A stretch of 63,607 bases of DNA, counting the filler, from Octopus bimaculoides (taxonomy: Eukaryota), in assembly GCF_001194135.2 (NCBI RefSeq). It is 5 parts of 5 records of this genome, joined end to end, with 100 filler letters (N's around TTAATTAATTAA, not from the genome) between each part and the next. Parts side by side here need not be neighbours in the genome. Positions count along the whole stretch, not along the records: positions 1 to 28,225 come from NC_068990.1; 4 more parts are not named here. The stretch is one strand, 5' to 3'. The position numbers and the translations under genes were made by a program. Below are positions 1 through 12,484 of the stretch, piece by piece (positions within the stretch are counted from its first letter, which is position 1; every line of letters begins with the position of its first letter). Under the pieces are notes generated by a model. It did no database searches and was not told the origin of the DNA. It worked only from the letters and a program-made list of their open reading frames with translations.

Positions 1-289
1 GAATAGGTGAGCAACGAGAGGAAAAGAGAAAGAGAGGAAGTACGAGGGGGGAAAAAAGAGATACGTAGTAGTAACAGAGGAAGAACGAGAGGGGTAAAGC
101 GAGATACGTAGTAGTAAAGAGGAAGAACGAGAGGGGGAAGAAAGATAGAGGAAGAGAAAGAGAAAGAGATAGAGTAGCGTCGGAAGATATAAGTTTAAGA
201 AAACTACTTACAATTGGAGACGCTGCGTTCAATCATGTAAAAACAAATAGTAAATGAGTATATGCATATATACGTACAGGGGCGTTTGG

Positions 290-700
290 CATTAGAAGGT
301 TGCCAAGCGCTCACTGAATTGTACCGGGAGGACAAAACCGTTAGCGGGAAAAAGCAACCCGAAAATTCTATATGGAGCTAGTTGAAGGAATAAGCAACGA
401 TGGCCTACGATTGACTATGACTAGAATAGTCTGAGTAACCTCCTTCAGGGGGCTTTCGGTCCCCTGAAGATAATGGACCATTTCCAAAGTCTTTGGCATA
501 GCAGTGCCACAGGAAGACATTGCCAGTTCGAAGCAAGCTCTCCAGGCACGGAAGCATCAACAGCCGAACCTACCAGAGATACATACAGGGGAACGAAATC
601 GTTCTACATGTAATCGTTCAGTGTCCGTGCATAAAAGAGTTGTGGGCTTGTGCCGAACAGTTGCTGTCTTGTGTAAGACGAATACAGCTGTCCGTCACAT
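290..700 (+). mobile_element. Degenerate 3' fragment of a Tx1/L1-clade LINE ORF2 (zf-RVT/C-terminal region)
   Basis: GNEIVLHVIVQCPCIKELWACAEQLLS (ORF 520-729) aligns by eye with REIVPHAIVQCPEISEMWVYAEHLLS of the LINE at 9873-10670; upstream frames give LYMELVEG..LLQGAFG..DHFQSL matching LYSGLVES..LFHRTFG..DNFQKSL. Confidence 0.7.
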
Positions 701-823
701 CAACAGTCGAACCTACCAGAGATACATAGACGCACACACATTAATATACATACAAGTATGTCCATACACACATACATATGCACATATATATGGATTCATA
801 CATACATATACATACATCCCCCC

Positions 824-826
<3 letters not shown>

Positions 827-878
<52 letters not shown>
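827..878. repeat. (TA)n microsatellite
   Basis: Direct reading. Confidence 0.95.
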
Positions 879-879
<1 letters not shown>

Positions 880-883
<4 letters not shown>

Positions 884-1141
884 GGGAAAAAATCAAGGTA
901 GAAAATGCTAAAATACTTTTATAAAAAACATTTCAGTACCGGTTTCGATCCTTGAGATCTTTTCAACTGTAAATATGGATAACAAATTTTGAAAAAATTA
1001 AATTTTGGTGAAATTACATGAAAAGTTTTTTAAAAGAATATTTGCATAGTATTTGAATACCAGGGGCATTTTCCTTGTTTTTGTCTGTCTCTGATTCTCT
1101 TAACTCTTGTGGGTTCGAGGTCGTTGTGAATTCTTGGCTAA

Positions 1142-1173
<32 letters not shown>

Positions 1174-3955
1174 AGCGGGAGTACTATGATAGTAACAGAA
1201 TGTTAATTGGTTAAGTGTCCTGAAAATGACCTGTTGTTGACGGGTGTAGTGATTTGAATTCTTGAGAAATCCCTTTTGAATGTATTATTTATAATGTTTG
1301 CGTAGGTGTTATTCCAAACAACAGTAGTAGTAATAAAGTAAGGGACGAGGTGGTTGAAAGTAGGAAGAAGGCGAAGAAGACGACGGAGAAGAAGAGGAAT
1401 GGGGAGAAGAAGAGAAGGGGTAATAATAGAATGCGGGATAGTGTGATAGTAACTAGTCGAGTGAGCAGTGATTGGGGTTGTTTTTTAATATTTTTAAAAT
1501 TGTTTTATAATTCCCTGAGTATCTATTTGGAGTTTATCATTTTTAATATTTGCGCGTGTTATTCTAAGGCCGTGGTGGATATGTCATTTGTTACAGATGC
1601 GTTCAGAAGGGGGTCTGTATTTTGTGATAAAGAGAGACTCTTCACTAGTTCTTTGGCTGTAGGTTGTATCTTCTCTGAATTGATAGAGGGAAAAAATTCT
1701 GAAACTTGGATTTTTGTTATTGGCGCAAATATCGATGTGTTGGCAGAATGCTATTTTTCTGCTTTTCAGAATTTTGATCTGGGATTTATGCAGAGCCATC
1801 CGTTGACGCAGACTGTTTTTTGTTTGGCCTATGTACTACTCTTGACACTCGAGCAGGTTAGTGCGTATATCAGGTTCTCCGAAGTACATGTGAAGTTACT
1901 TTTCACTGTGAAATTTTGTCCCTGTTTGAAGGAGAACTCTGATCCCTCAATTAAATTGACGCATATCCCGCAGTTGGGTCTACCGCATTTTTTTACTGAC
2001 GGCTTCAGTATTGTTGTTGAGCGTATTCGAGCTTGTGTTTGGAGACTTTTCAGAGATTTGGGCTGTCTCTTGCTTTTTATAATGGTGTGTGTTTGAAGGA
2101 TTAAGTTCATTCTGTGGTCCTTTTTTAACAGGAGGATGCTTTGAAGGATGGTGTCCAAAGCTTCATTGTTAAGAGGGTTGTATGTGGAAATGTATGGTAG
2201 GGCTTTTGGTTGTAAGACCTTCTTTAATTTGGGATGTCTGAGTTCATGGATGCTGAGTTGAAGTGCTCGTTGAAAGCATGTGTCAATTAGTGTAAATCAG
2301 TAGTTACTAGTGGTGAGAATATCCTTTAGTTCATGTAGTTGAGTGTCCCTGGCGCTTGCATTAGAAACTATAGTACATATCCTTTTTGCTAGGTTGAAGG
2401 GGATATTCATTCTGGTGTGTCTGGGGTGGCATTAATTGAACGGTAGATATTACTTTGAGTCCGTGAGTATATATCTGTTTCTATTACGTTGTTATATTTC
2501 TTAATAAGGATGTCGAGGAAGGGAAGTTGTTGATGGCTATATTCCATCGTGAATTGAATGTTTACGTCAAGTCCATTTATAAGTGCTTGAAATTCTTTAA
2601 GTCTCTCTATACTCTCATGCCAAATAATGAAACAGTCATCCAGGTATCTCTTCCAGTTATTTTCTATGTATAGGGCGAATGGGCTGCCGTATTTTTCTAG
2701 AACTATATTACAAAGCCTAATTTCTAGATATCCCATGACTAGGTTAGCAAAGGAGGGGGCCATTCTCGTACTCATCGCTGTCCCCGATTTTTGTCGGTAG
2801 AAGTTATCGTTGAAGACAAAGTAGTTGTTCTCCAAGAAAAATTTGAGCCCTTCTATCGCGAATTCTTTTTTGGTGCGATGGGGGAGTTCGTTGGCATAAT
2901 TCTCTAGCCAGAATTGAATTGCTTCTATTCCTAGGTTGTGGGGGATATTGGAATAGAGGTTGACAATATCGAAGGATACTAGTAGGGTGTTTTGTTTATT
3001 GTTTCAGGAAGGTGATTGAGCATATCCAGGTCGTGCCTTACGTAGCTTTTGGCATGCTTAAGGAATGGTTTTAAGAGGATGTCTAAAACGTTACTGAAGC
3101 GGTGGGTTTCGTATGCGGGACCTGCTATTATAGGTCTCAATTTGAGATTATTAGGAGTAGGGGCTTTGATTATTATGTCTGTGGCTATCTTGCATGCGTT
3201 ACTTATTTTCTCACTTTTGTGTATCATGGGAATACCGTAGAATTGACTGGTTTTACTTTTGAAATTGGTCATGTAGTCATATTCTTTATCGGTGAGTCCT
3301 TCTCTGTATAAGTTTAACATGGATTTTAGATCTCTCATTATCTTCTGCTGACTGTAGTGTTGGGTCTTTTCATAATATGTTGTGTCTTCTAACATGGATA
3401 ACACTAAATTTATATAGTATACTGTGTCCATTAAGACGACTGCACTCCCTTTATAAGCCTCTTTGATAGTTATTGTTTTGTCATCTTTTAATTTGTTTAG
3501 CTCAACCCATTCTTTTTTTGCTGAAATTTGGTTTGTGTTTTTGTTTGTGCATATGTTGGTATGGGTAATTCGAGATGCTTTCACAGAAATCTATTACGGA
3601 CCAACGACGATTCGTCCTCATTGTATTTGTCGTATAGCTCCTCAGCGAGTCGTAATTTTCTACAGAATTCCGCGATGTCTTCTTTCATTTGGTTGTAGTT
3701 GGAGCATTGTGGGGTGAGTGTAAACTTGAGTCATTTGGAGAGTATATTGATTTGGTTTCCTGTTATTTCTTTGTGAGATAGATAATTTGTATCACTTTTG
3801 ATTCCTTCTCTGTTATCTCGTGTCTCTGTGTTTGTGAACTGGGCCTAAAAAATGATTGCAGTAGTTGAGACAGTAGCTGTTATGTAGCTGTTCCCTATTG
3901 TTGCGGGGTGCTGTGTTATGATTTATGGTGCGGGCTTCCGGTGTGTGTTCCGCTT
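880..3955 (-). mobile_element. Penelope-like retroelement (RT + GIY-YIG), disrupted, 5'-truncated, with 3' pLTR region
   Basis: Minus frames: LKLRPIIAGP (2979-3584); RT motifs FYRQKSGTAMSTRMAPSFANLVMG, WKRYLDDCFIIW, LPFLDILI (2407-2835); Cys linker CGRPNCGIC and LIYALTC..CQE*YIGQ (about 1800-2000); frameshifts and stops present. Confidence 0.92.
931..973 (-). ncRNA. Minimal type I hammerhead ribozyme motif (U3:A8 variant) in the Penelope 3' region
   Basis: Minus strand UUUACAG-UUGAAAA-GAUC(UCAAG)GAUC-GAAAC-CG-GUA-CUGAAA: stem I CAG/CUG, stem II GAUC/GAUC, palindromic stem III ACCGGU, GUA triplet. Confidence 0.72.
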
Positions 3956-3963
3956 CAACCTTT

Positions 3964-3966
<3 letters not shown>

Positions 3967-4026
<60 letters not shown>
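3967..4026. repeat. (AC)n microsatellite
   Basis: Direct reading. Confidence 0.95.
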
Positions 4027-4030
<4 letters not shown>

Positions 4031-4277
4031 TTACTAAGTTTACATCGTTTCACTGTATAACAAAGAATTCCAAAGAAAAGTGATACGCACGCATGATCAC
4101 ACACAGACACACATACACACACACTCATACACATACACGCATACCACATACACACACATACACATACACACACACATACACACACACACACACAAAGACA
4201 CGTGTGTGTATGCGTGTGTGTGTGTACCTGTGAGAATTTTGCGTGTGTGCATTTGCATATATGTGCAGTAATATATA

Positions 4278-4620
4278 CAGAAAATCGTTAGCACGCCGGA
4301 CAATATGCTTAGCAGTATTTCGTCCATCATTACGTTCTATGTTCAAATCATACCGAGGTTGACTTAGCCTTTCGTCCTATCGAGTCGATAAAAACAAATA
4401 CCAGTTGATTACTGGGGTTTACTTTAATTGACTTAGTTCCTACCCTAAAATAACCGGCTTTCTGCCAAAATTTATTCAGAATCGTTAGCACACCGGACAA
4501 AATTTTTGGCTGCATTTCGTCCGACTTCACGTTCTGAGTTCAAATTCCACCAAGTTTGACTTTGCCTTTCATTCTCTCGGGGTTGATAAAATGAATACCG
4601 AGATATTTTGGCTTTGTGCC
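4278..4620 (+). mobile_element. Two degenerate copies of tRNA-derived CORE-like SINE (family A)
   Basis: gaa(a)tcgttagcac.ccggac..aatgcttagcagtatttcgtc..gttct.agttcaaat..gagg.tgactt.gcctttc matches other family A copies in the window. Confidence 0.75.
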
Positions 4621-4639
4621 GAAATTTTTTATTCTATAA

Positions 4640-4830
4640 AAAATTAAATTTACTGCATCAAATGTCAGAATTGTGAAGAAATATAGGTTGGTCAGACTGG
4701 GAATGCATTATCGGAACGTTCACGTGTGCACCGACTGCAAATTAGGGACCCTGATGTCCGTTAGATCCCTTTAAGCAACCATCTGGCAACATGTGGTCAG
4801 AAAAAGTTTTTAATATTCCCATTCTACCAA
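4640..4830 (+). mobile_element. Penelope-like GIY-YIG endonuclease fragment
   Basis: Translates approximately to IYCIKCQNCEEI*VGQTGNALSERSRVHRLQIRDPDVR*IPLSNHLATCGQKKFLIFPFYQ, homologous to ORFs 28618-28905 and 61621-61994. Confidence 0.75.
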
Positions 4831-5482
4831 CTACACAATTGAAGTGAAGTAGAGAGAAAAGTCAGAGAAAAGAATTTTATTGATAAGTTCAAGCACGTTT
4901 TAAATGGACAATAATGACAATAACAGTTATAGTAACGGTGATGATTAAAATGATGATAATAATGATAATGATAAATACTACTGCTCTTACTATACAACCA
5001 CCGCCGGCACTAACAACAACAATAATAAAGGCGATGGTGAGAATGGTAGAAATGTTAACCATATCAACATTGATTTTCTAAAAAATTGTAACAATAGAAT
5101 TCAATTAAAACAGGAATGTTGTTTACAGGAATGTTGTTTACAGTATTCCAAAATATAAGCCAAACAATTATTCCTTTAAGTGCGTTCAGAGTTAAGAATT
5201 TTTGACGTGCTCACCAATTAACTAAAATATCTCGTTTGAAAAAGCGGGATAAATGCAAACCAAATTGGCGCATTAACTAAACCACGACAACTAAGTCACA
5301 TACTGATTGGTCAAAATACACCTGGAAAGATTCAGCCAGCTGGAGCCCATCAGAGGGTACTTAAAGAACAGCTCTAACAATTTCACTACAGTTGTCAATT
5401 GTGGAACACGACTATCACTACATAAACCTAATGATTGCATAACGCATTAACGTACTAGTTTATTTCAATATTGTAAAATTTC

Positions 5483-5544
5483 TAAGGCAGTGAGCTGACA
5501 GAAACGTTAGCGCGCCGGGCGAAATGCTTATCGGTATTGCGTCT
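5483..5544 (+). mobile_element. 5' part of a family A SINE interrupted by the Tx1 LINE
   Basis: taaggcagtgagctgacagaaacgttagcgcgccgggcgaaatgcttatcggtattgcgtct; the SINE resumes at 10899. Confidence 0.8.
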
Positions 5545-5724
5545 CCGTGAGTTTTGTTTGTTACGCGTCGCACATGTGTTCGTGGTGAAAATTGCTGTTT
5601 CTTAGTGTTATTATTTATAATAACTGCTGTTTCTGTTAAATTTCTAACTGTTGGAGTTTTCATTTAAAAACACTAAGTGCTTGTAGAAAGCACACGTTGT
5701 TCATTCCCCCGTTGGGGGGGGGGG

Positions 5725-6966
5725 ATGTCGTCTAGCGAGAGGCCTAACGTTGGAACAGAAATGTCTGGTGAAGCGAATAATTTCTCGTTGTCTGGCGAGG
5801 AGTCAACTACGAGCAAAGAAACAATAGATTCCCCCGCAAAATGAACTTTTGATTCCCCCGTTGCAAAAAAGTATAACAAAATGTATGAGATGTTTGGAGA
5901 TGTGTCTGAAAGCTCGTCTGAACTTTAACAAGAAGATTACCTGAGTTTGCCAAAAAAAAAAGTATTGTGCTCAAAAGAATAATCGATGTACCTAGCATCC
6001 AGACTGAGCAACCAAAAAAGGAAAAAAAATGGTTTTGCGTTGGCAGCTGGGGGTGGAACCCGGCTGCTTTCGACGAACAAATGTGATTTTATGAAATATA
6101 GAGAAATAATGGAAATAAATGATAACGTGGTTAAAATACAACCACCGGAGTAATTAATACAAGAAGAAAAACAGAAGACAATAATATTTAAAACTTACTG
6201 TTTACAAAACAGAAAAATCGAAAGATTTACAGAAGAGAAGATAGAAAAGGGCTTGAAGCCAATATGGAGCGACGTAGTTTATCTGACAAGAGGCAGGAAG
6301 TTTGGTACGGTGGAAGTAAGGTTTACCAACAAGGAAATAGCACAAAAGCACTCCGTAGAAACACTGAAAACGGATGATGTGGCGCTCATCCCCACCTATA
6401 TGGGGATGAGAACGTCCAGAATTAAAATAACAAGGGTCCCACCGGAAGTGGATCCTATGTGGTCGGTGGAAGCAATCCTAATCAAACAGGAAGAGAAAAT
6501 TACCCTCCTCCAGGCTGCCGCTACCGAAAACGCTAACTGGACTGGCCAAACAGTTAGTCTCCTCATCCAGGCTGACCAAAAAATAATTGAAGCAATTCCC
6601 GAGACAATTCAGATAGGGGAGGAGAACCTCGTGGTGTTTGTTCAAGGCCGAAAACCACGGTGTTTTTTGTGCGGCCAATTAGGCCACATTCGAAGGAACT
6701 GCAAGGAAAATGAGGAGGAAGAGGAGAAAGAAGAAAAAGAGGAAGAAGAAGAAAAAGAAGAAAAACACGAGAAGAAAACAACAAACAAAAAAAAAATACA
6801 ATCAGCAACTCAGCCGAAAGCGGCGACTACTACAGAACAACGACCAAAAAAGACTGCAAGAAGAGAAAAAGAGGAGAAAGGCATAATAGCCGTATACAGT
6901 AAAGATACTGAGCTAATGAGAGACATTCAATTAATTAAGACAGCAAAAAAAAAAAAAAATAGATAA
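5725..6966 (+). pseudogene. LINE ORF1 (gag-like nucleic-acid-binding protein, CCHC knuckle)
   Basis: ATG at 5725 followed by stops; ORF 6253-6966 contains CFLCGQLGHIRRNC and a Glu/Lys-rich tail. Confidence 0.8.
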
Positions 6967-7274
6967 CCTTTCGGAGAAATACAACAATTATGACGTGTAT
7001 GAAGTTTCAAATAAGATTCATAGAATTTTACAAAACAAATATCGTAAGACAGTATCATCTATGAGACTGGACTTTAATAAGTCTATATTTAATGGACTAC
7101 CAGCCCCGATCCCGCGAGGAAAGGAAAAGGTGGAGACCCCACCTCCACCTGATAATTCTATAATGAGACGGGATTTTAACAAACCTATTTCCCAAGACCT
7201 ACCACCTCCGACCCTGTTTCAAGAAAAGGTGGAGAGTCCCTCTCCACCGGACAGCCCAGATTAACAGGTAAGTC

Positions 7275-10200
7275 ATGTATGTTCACATTGGTTGTATAAA
7301 TATTTGTGGCCTGATATCTAGCTGGAAGCAAGGACGTTTCCTAAATGACATCAGGTCAAGAAAATTGGATGTGATTGTTGCAACGGAAACCTGAGTAAAG
7401 AGGCCAAGAGATCTGTCCCCCCTCCTGAACGGCTATGAGAAATACGTTTCTCCGAGTCGGGCGGGAGGTGGGGGTGGGGTGTTGGTCCTACTAAAAAGAA
7501 ACCGTGTAACAGAGAAAAAGTTAGTTTTTTCTGATCCAGAAGGCAGGCTGGTCGTTCTCGACCTGACATTCAGTTGTGGCAAGATAATCAGGCTAGTTGC
7601 TATTTATGCACCCAATATAATGGGCCCGCAAAGTGAATATTTTCGTGACCTGGGCTAGTTCCTGGCCACGTCGCATTCGCCAGTATTGTTAGGAGATTTT
7701 AACACAATATGTGAGGCACACACAGATTGTGTTGGCTCGAACACGAACAAAAAATGTAACCCAGGCTTACGGGATCTGCTAAGTGACTTTCAGCTAGCAA
7801 ATCCATATAGGTTGGAACACCCGAACACTCCACGGTGGACGTGGTCAAATAGTGACGGGTCTTCCAGAACATATCTAGATAGGATTTTAATTAGAGAAAC
7901 AGATAAGTCTATAGCTAAGTGTCCACAGTTTTTTTCTAGTCAGTTACAGTGACCACAAGATGGTTACCTATAAACTGACAGTAGATAAGTTATATATTCA
8001 GGGATCTGGCTACTGGAAACTCAATACGTCCCTTTTGGCGATTGAGGAATACAGAAAGCGGATCAAGATGTTAATACAGAGGGCATTGACAGGTACCATC
8101 ATTAATAACAAATGGTGGTATGCCCTAAGAAGAGCCATCAAATATGAGTCTATTAGGTTTAGCATAAGTTTAGCTAAGAAAGGACGTAGAATAGGAGATG
8201 GTTTAGTTAAGGAACGAGAAGAATCCTGGAGGACTGGTAATGCGGACCAAGTTGAAGGTGAAAAAACTGGCGTTAAATCAGCATCTTGAAGCCCAACACA
8301 TGGAAAGTATTGCCAGAGCTAAGTTACGTGCGATGGGAAGTGAAGGAATCAAGGCCGCTGGATGGGCCCGAGTGGTGGAAGCTAGGGAAGGAAATAGTTC
8401 CACTATGCGGTCTTTGACGAATCATAATGGCGTCTTGGTAAACGAAACCGAGAAAATGTGTGAGGCCTTTCTGGAGTACTTCGCCCAACTGTTCGGGGGT
8501 GACGGCAGCCCTGATGGTGGGAGAGCCCTTGAGGACTTCCTTGCCGGGCTGCCATGTCTCCTGGGGTGTAATGCGGAGTTTTGCGAAGGGCCAATCAGGC
8601 TTGTGGAGATGATGGAGGCTTTGGCCGACTGTAAAGCGGGTAAGTCGCTGGGATTTGATGGTCTTCCGTATGAGCTGTATGACTTGTTCGGGCATCTACT
8701 GACTGACGTGTACGCGAACTGGCAACAGAATGGGTTAATACCCAGATCTGTGCGCCGGGGAGTAGTGACGTTAGTCAGAAAGGACCCGGACAAGGGGGAC
8801 GTTATAGATAATTTCAGGTCCATCACTCTGTTTAACGCAGAAGCGAAGATTTTGGCCAAGGTCTTAGCAAAACGGTCGGCGCGTGTCGCGGATGGTATAG
8901 TCGGAGAGGCACAGACATGTGCCATCCCAGGCAGAACCATTCAGGATATCAGGATAATCTCCATCTTATTCGCTATACCATAGGTAGGATTGGTGATAAA
9001 TCTGGCAAAGGTGGGGCACTGGTACATTTGGACCAGTCTAAAGCTTTTGATAGGGTTGACCATCGATACTTGGCGACTGTGCTTGCACGGTTCGGCCTGG
9101 GCCTTGGCTTCCTCAGGTGGTTTATCGCTTTGTATCACAACATTGACTCGATAGCTCGGGTGAACGGTTTCCTTTCGAAGCCGTTCTGCATCAGACGGTC
9201 GGTTCGTCAAGGATGTCCGCTCTCACCGCTTTTGTATGTGGTGTCTCTCGAGCCTCTACTGCGAAGGTTGAGCGGTATCCCGTGAGAACCAGGTCTAGAG
9301 GAGTTTGTTACGGCTTACGCGGACGATATCTCTATCAGCGTAACCACAGTAGCATGCCTACGTGAAGTGGGTAAGACTATAGACTATGAAGCTTACGAGG
9401 TGATGGCAGGAGCAAAGATTAACAGAGAAAAGTCGGTCGGCTTGCAGCTCGGCACCTGGGTTGGCAAGTCTATGCCTTCAGACAGCATTATTGGGCGCTG
9501 GACGGAGGGACCAGTTAAATTGCAGGGAGTTTGGTTCGGACTAGGCCTCCACATACAGAAGAACTGGACGGAGGTATTAAGCAAAGTGGCTGCAGTAGTC
9601 AAGACTTGGTCTTAGCGGTGGCTATCCCTGAAAGAGAGGGCGGAGGTGGCTAATGTGTTTATCGCATCGATCATTACATACCGCCTGACCGTTGTGCTCT
9701 GTCCAGATTCGTGGTTGATCAGGCTGGAGAGACAGCTTTTTCTGGAAGGGCAGGTCGCCATTTGTGAAACACTTTGTCTACTGTCAAAAGCCTTTAAAGG
9801 GAGGTTTAGGGATGCCGTGGTTAATGATGCGCAGGCATGCGTTGAGGTTGAGGCACCTCTGGATTCTCCTGGATGGTGAACGGGTGTGGTCTCCGCTGGC
9901 CAGACAAATGTTCCCCAAGTTCAAAAGTTTTTGCGAATAGGAAGCCTGGTGTTCTCGTAAACCGAGGTCAAGATGAATGGCATAAAGTGTGTCGTAAGGC
10001 CCTCTTACTATTCCGACGCTCGGGCAACGCCAGCGATGGGGGTTCCATACGAATTCTATATAGTGGGTTGGTAGAGTCTGAATGCGACGATAGCCTGGGG
10101 GCGACTCTAGGTCTCGGATTTATTCAACTGAACAGCCTGTTTCACCGTACATTCGGGTTGAGATCGTTGGACAACTTCCAAAAGTCCTTAACCTGGCAAT

Positions 10201-10670
10201 GCTACAGAGGTACCTTGCTCGTTTGGGATAAGTTCACAAGACACAGTAAGCATCAGTCGTCGACCTGTCCTAGATGCGGGAGAAACAGGGAAATCGTCCC
10301 TCACGCTATTGTCCAGTGTCCGGAGATATCTGAAATGTGGGTTTATGCTGAACATCTGTTGTCCGGCGAAGGAAGTGTACAGCTGCCGACTGTGTCAATT
10401 GTAAAAATTGATCTACCAGGAGTTTTAACAAACGAAGGTAAGAATTGTTTTCTCACGGTTGTAGCAATAGCAAAAGAGGCAGTATGGAAGACTAAGATAA
10501 AAGGAATTAAGACAGGCAACTTTATATCTGGCCACAATTTACGATCATTTTTTACTTTTCATTTGAAAGGAAGGTGTGGCTGGAGAAGAGATGTCTGTCG
10601 GAATGTACATTCAAAAAGAGATGGAAGCATGTTGCACGAGTGTTGTGCGAGCAAGGAACCGTGTGAATAG
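7275..10670 (+). pseudogene. LINE ORF2 (APE endonuclease + reverse transcriptase + zf-RVT), frameshifted
   Basis: IGCINICGL..LDVIVATET, LLGDFN, YLDRIL, GSGYWKLNTSLL, GKSLGFDGLPYELY, NFRSITLFN, LDQSKAFDRVDH, VRQGCPLSPLLY, AYADD, CPRCG..HAIVQC. Confidence 0.92.
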
Positions 10671-10898
10671 ACGGAAAAAAAGAAAAAGAATAAAAAAAGG
10701 GACCAGCAATAGATTGGGGCTTGTGGGGTCGAGCGTGGCCTGATCATCGCTTCATTTGTATTGTTAATATCACTCGAATTTTTATATTTCATTTAATTTT
10801 TAAAGACACATTTTATGTAAAACCATATCGCATTACTGATCTCAATCAGTTGTTTTGTACATTTCTGTGTTTAGCCCCCGGTGGGCAATAAAGAAATT

Positions 10899-11275
10899 GG
10901 TATTTCGTTTGTCTTTACGTTTTGAGTTCAAATTCTGCCGAGGTCGACTTTGCCTTTCATCCTTTCGGGGTCGATAAATTAAGTACCAGTTGCGTACTAG
11001 GGTCGATCTAATCGAGTGGCCCTCTCTCCCCACATTTTGGGCCTTGTGCCTAGAGTAGAAAAGAATATTGAAAATTTGCTTAGCACGACGGGCGAAATGC
11101 TTAGCGGTATTTCGTCTGTCTTTACGTTCTGAGTTCAAATTCCACCGAGGTCGACTTTGCCTTTCATCTTTCGAGGTCGACAAATTAAGTACCAGTTGCA
11201 TACTGGGGTGGATCTAATCGAGTGGCCTCCTCCCCCAAAATTTCGGGCCTTGTGCCTAGAGTAGGAAAGAATATT
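10899..11275 (+). mobile_element. 3' remainder of the interrupted family A SINE plus a second tandem copy, both with tail type 2
   Basis: gagttcaaatt..gccgaggtcgactttgcctttcatcctttcggggtcgataaattaagtaccagt followed by ..gggccttgtgcctagagtag.aaagaatatt, twice. Confidence 0.85.
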
Positions 11276-12384
11276 ATAAAATTGTAAAAATTGTAAATTA
11301 TAAAACGTGAAAATCAGTTGGAATTATATGGATTAATATATATGTATAAAGTAAGAAGTAGAAGAGTAAATATGATTCGGCAGCTTTTTAATCACTACAA
11401 ATGCTTCGATACATACAGATCCTCGTATATACAAGATTTAAAGTTTAGTTTATATAAAATAATACCGGTATCTTCACAACTTAAAATAAACTGCTTAGAT
11501 TATAATTTGATTAGTATATAGTTAGCAAGTTCTTTCGTCTCAGTACTCCTTTATTAAATACCAGTAACTGCCAATGGTCAATCTTCATAGATACCATCTA
11601 ATAAGTTAATATTCAAGTATATAATATGTATAAATATAAAACTATTTCTATGTAATTTCTTTTCCTCCCTCTATTGTGGTAAAATTTGGAATATACTCAA
11701 AAGTATTCAAAACAATTTTATCCTTTTGTTATAATATTCTTCTTAATAATCTTCTTGATAACCCTAAATTTTAACTTTATACAAGACGGCAATATTGTTT
11801 AAAATATTCAAATATAGTAACCCATGATAAAATTTCCCCTGTATTATCATCATTGGTTTACTAGAGTCTTGCCCCTTTAATTGTCAGCTTACATCTTGAT
11901 TTAAGATTTCCTTTACCAAATCTCATTATATTGCTTCAAATTAATCTTGATAGTTTTATGACTATACCCACTAAGATTTCTGTCGACTCCCTCATCCCCT
12001 TTCCTAACAGACACTGCTCCTTGTTCCTTGCCCTTAGATTTTGATATACAAAGATTTGATAAACAAGACTATAAAATATAACCGACCCCCAAAAACAGTG
12101 GCAATCTAGATATCTAACAAGTCTTTCTTCCTGATACCTTACTAGCTTCTAAGCTGAAGTGAAGACAGCATGTTCTTTGTCTATCTCGTTAGTTTCTTGG
12201 AGGTTTTAAGTAAAATTATACCAATGTGTCTACCTGTTTTTTAATTTAATTTAATTCTATGTCTTTATGCAGCTGAGGATTGCTCTGCATTTAAATTGAT
12301 GTAATGGTTGCATTGTTCAATTAAATGGAGTCGCTTGAAACGATCGTACTGCATTACCTCTGGTTATCCTGTTGCTTATTTTGA

Positions 12385-12423
<39 letters not shown>

Positions 12424-12484
12424 TTCAGTGCGAATGGTTTTGTTATACAGTGCCGTGTTTTACAATCCTGTAAATAATAATAAT

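Larger units (their letters stand above)
5545..10898 (+). mobile_element. Near-full-length Tx1/L1-clade non-LTR retrotransposon (about 5.35 kb), disrupted
   Basis: ORF1 with CCHC knuckle; ORF2 with APE, RT and C-terminal zinc motif; 3' end ...gtgggcaataaagaaatt; approximate 12-bp TSD ggtattgcgtct (5533-5544) / ggtatttcgttt (10899-10910). Confidence 0.9.

Noticed and set aside
1350-2096. 248-aa plus-strand ORF
   Set aside because: Antisense shadow of the Penelope GIY-YIG region.
5240-5330. CCAAT-like boxes upstream of the LINE
   Set aside because: Short motifs expected by chance; no associated gene.
11280-12300. Possible ancient LINE/LTR remnant
   Set aside because: No convincing protein motif could be recovered by eye.
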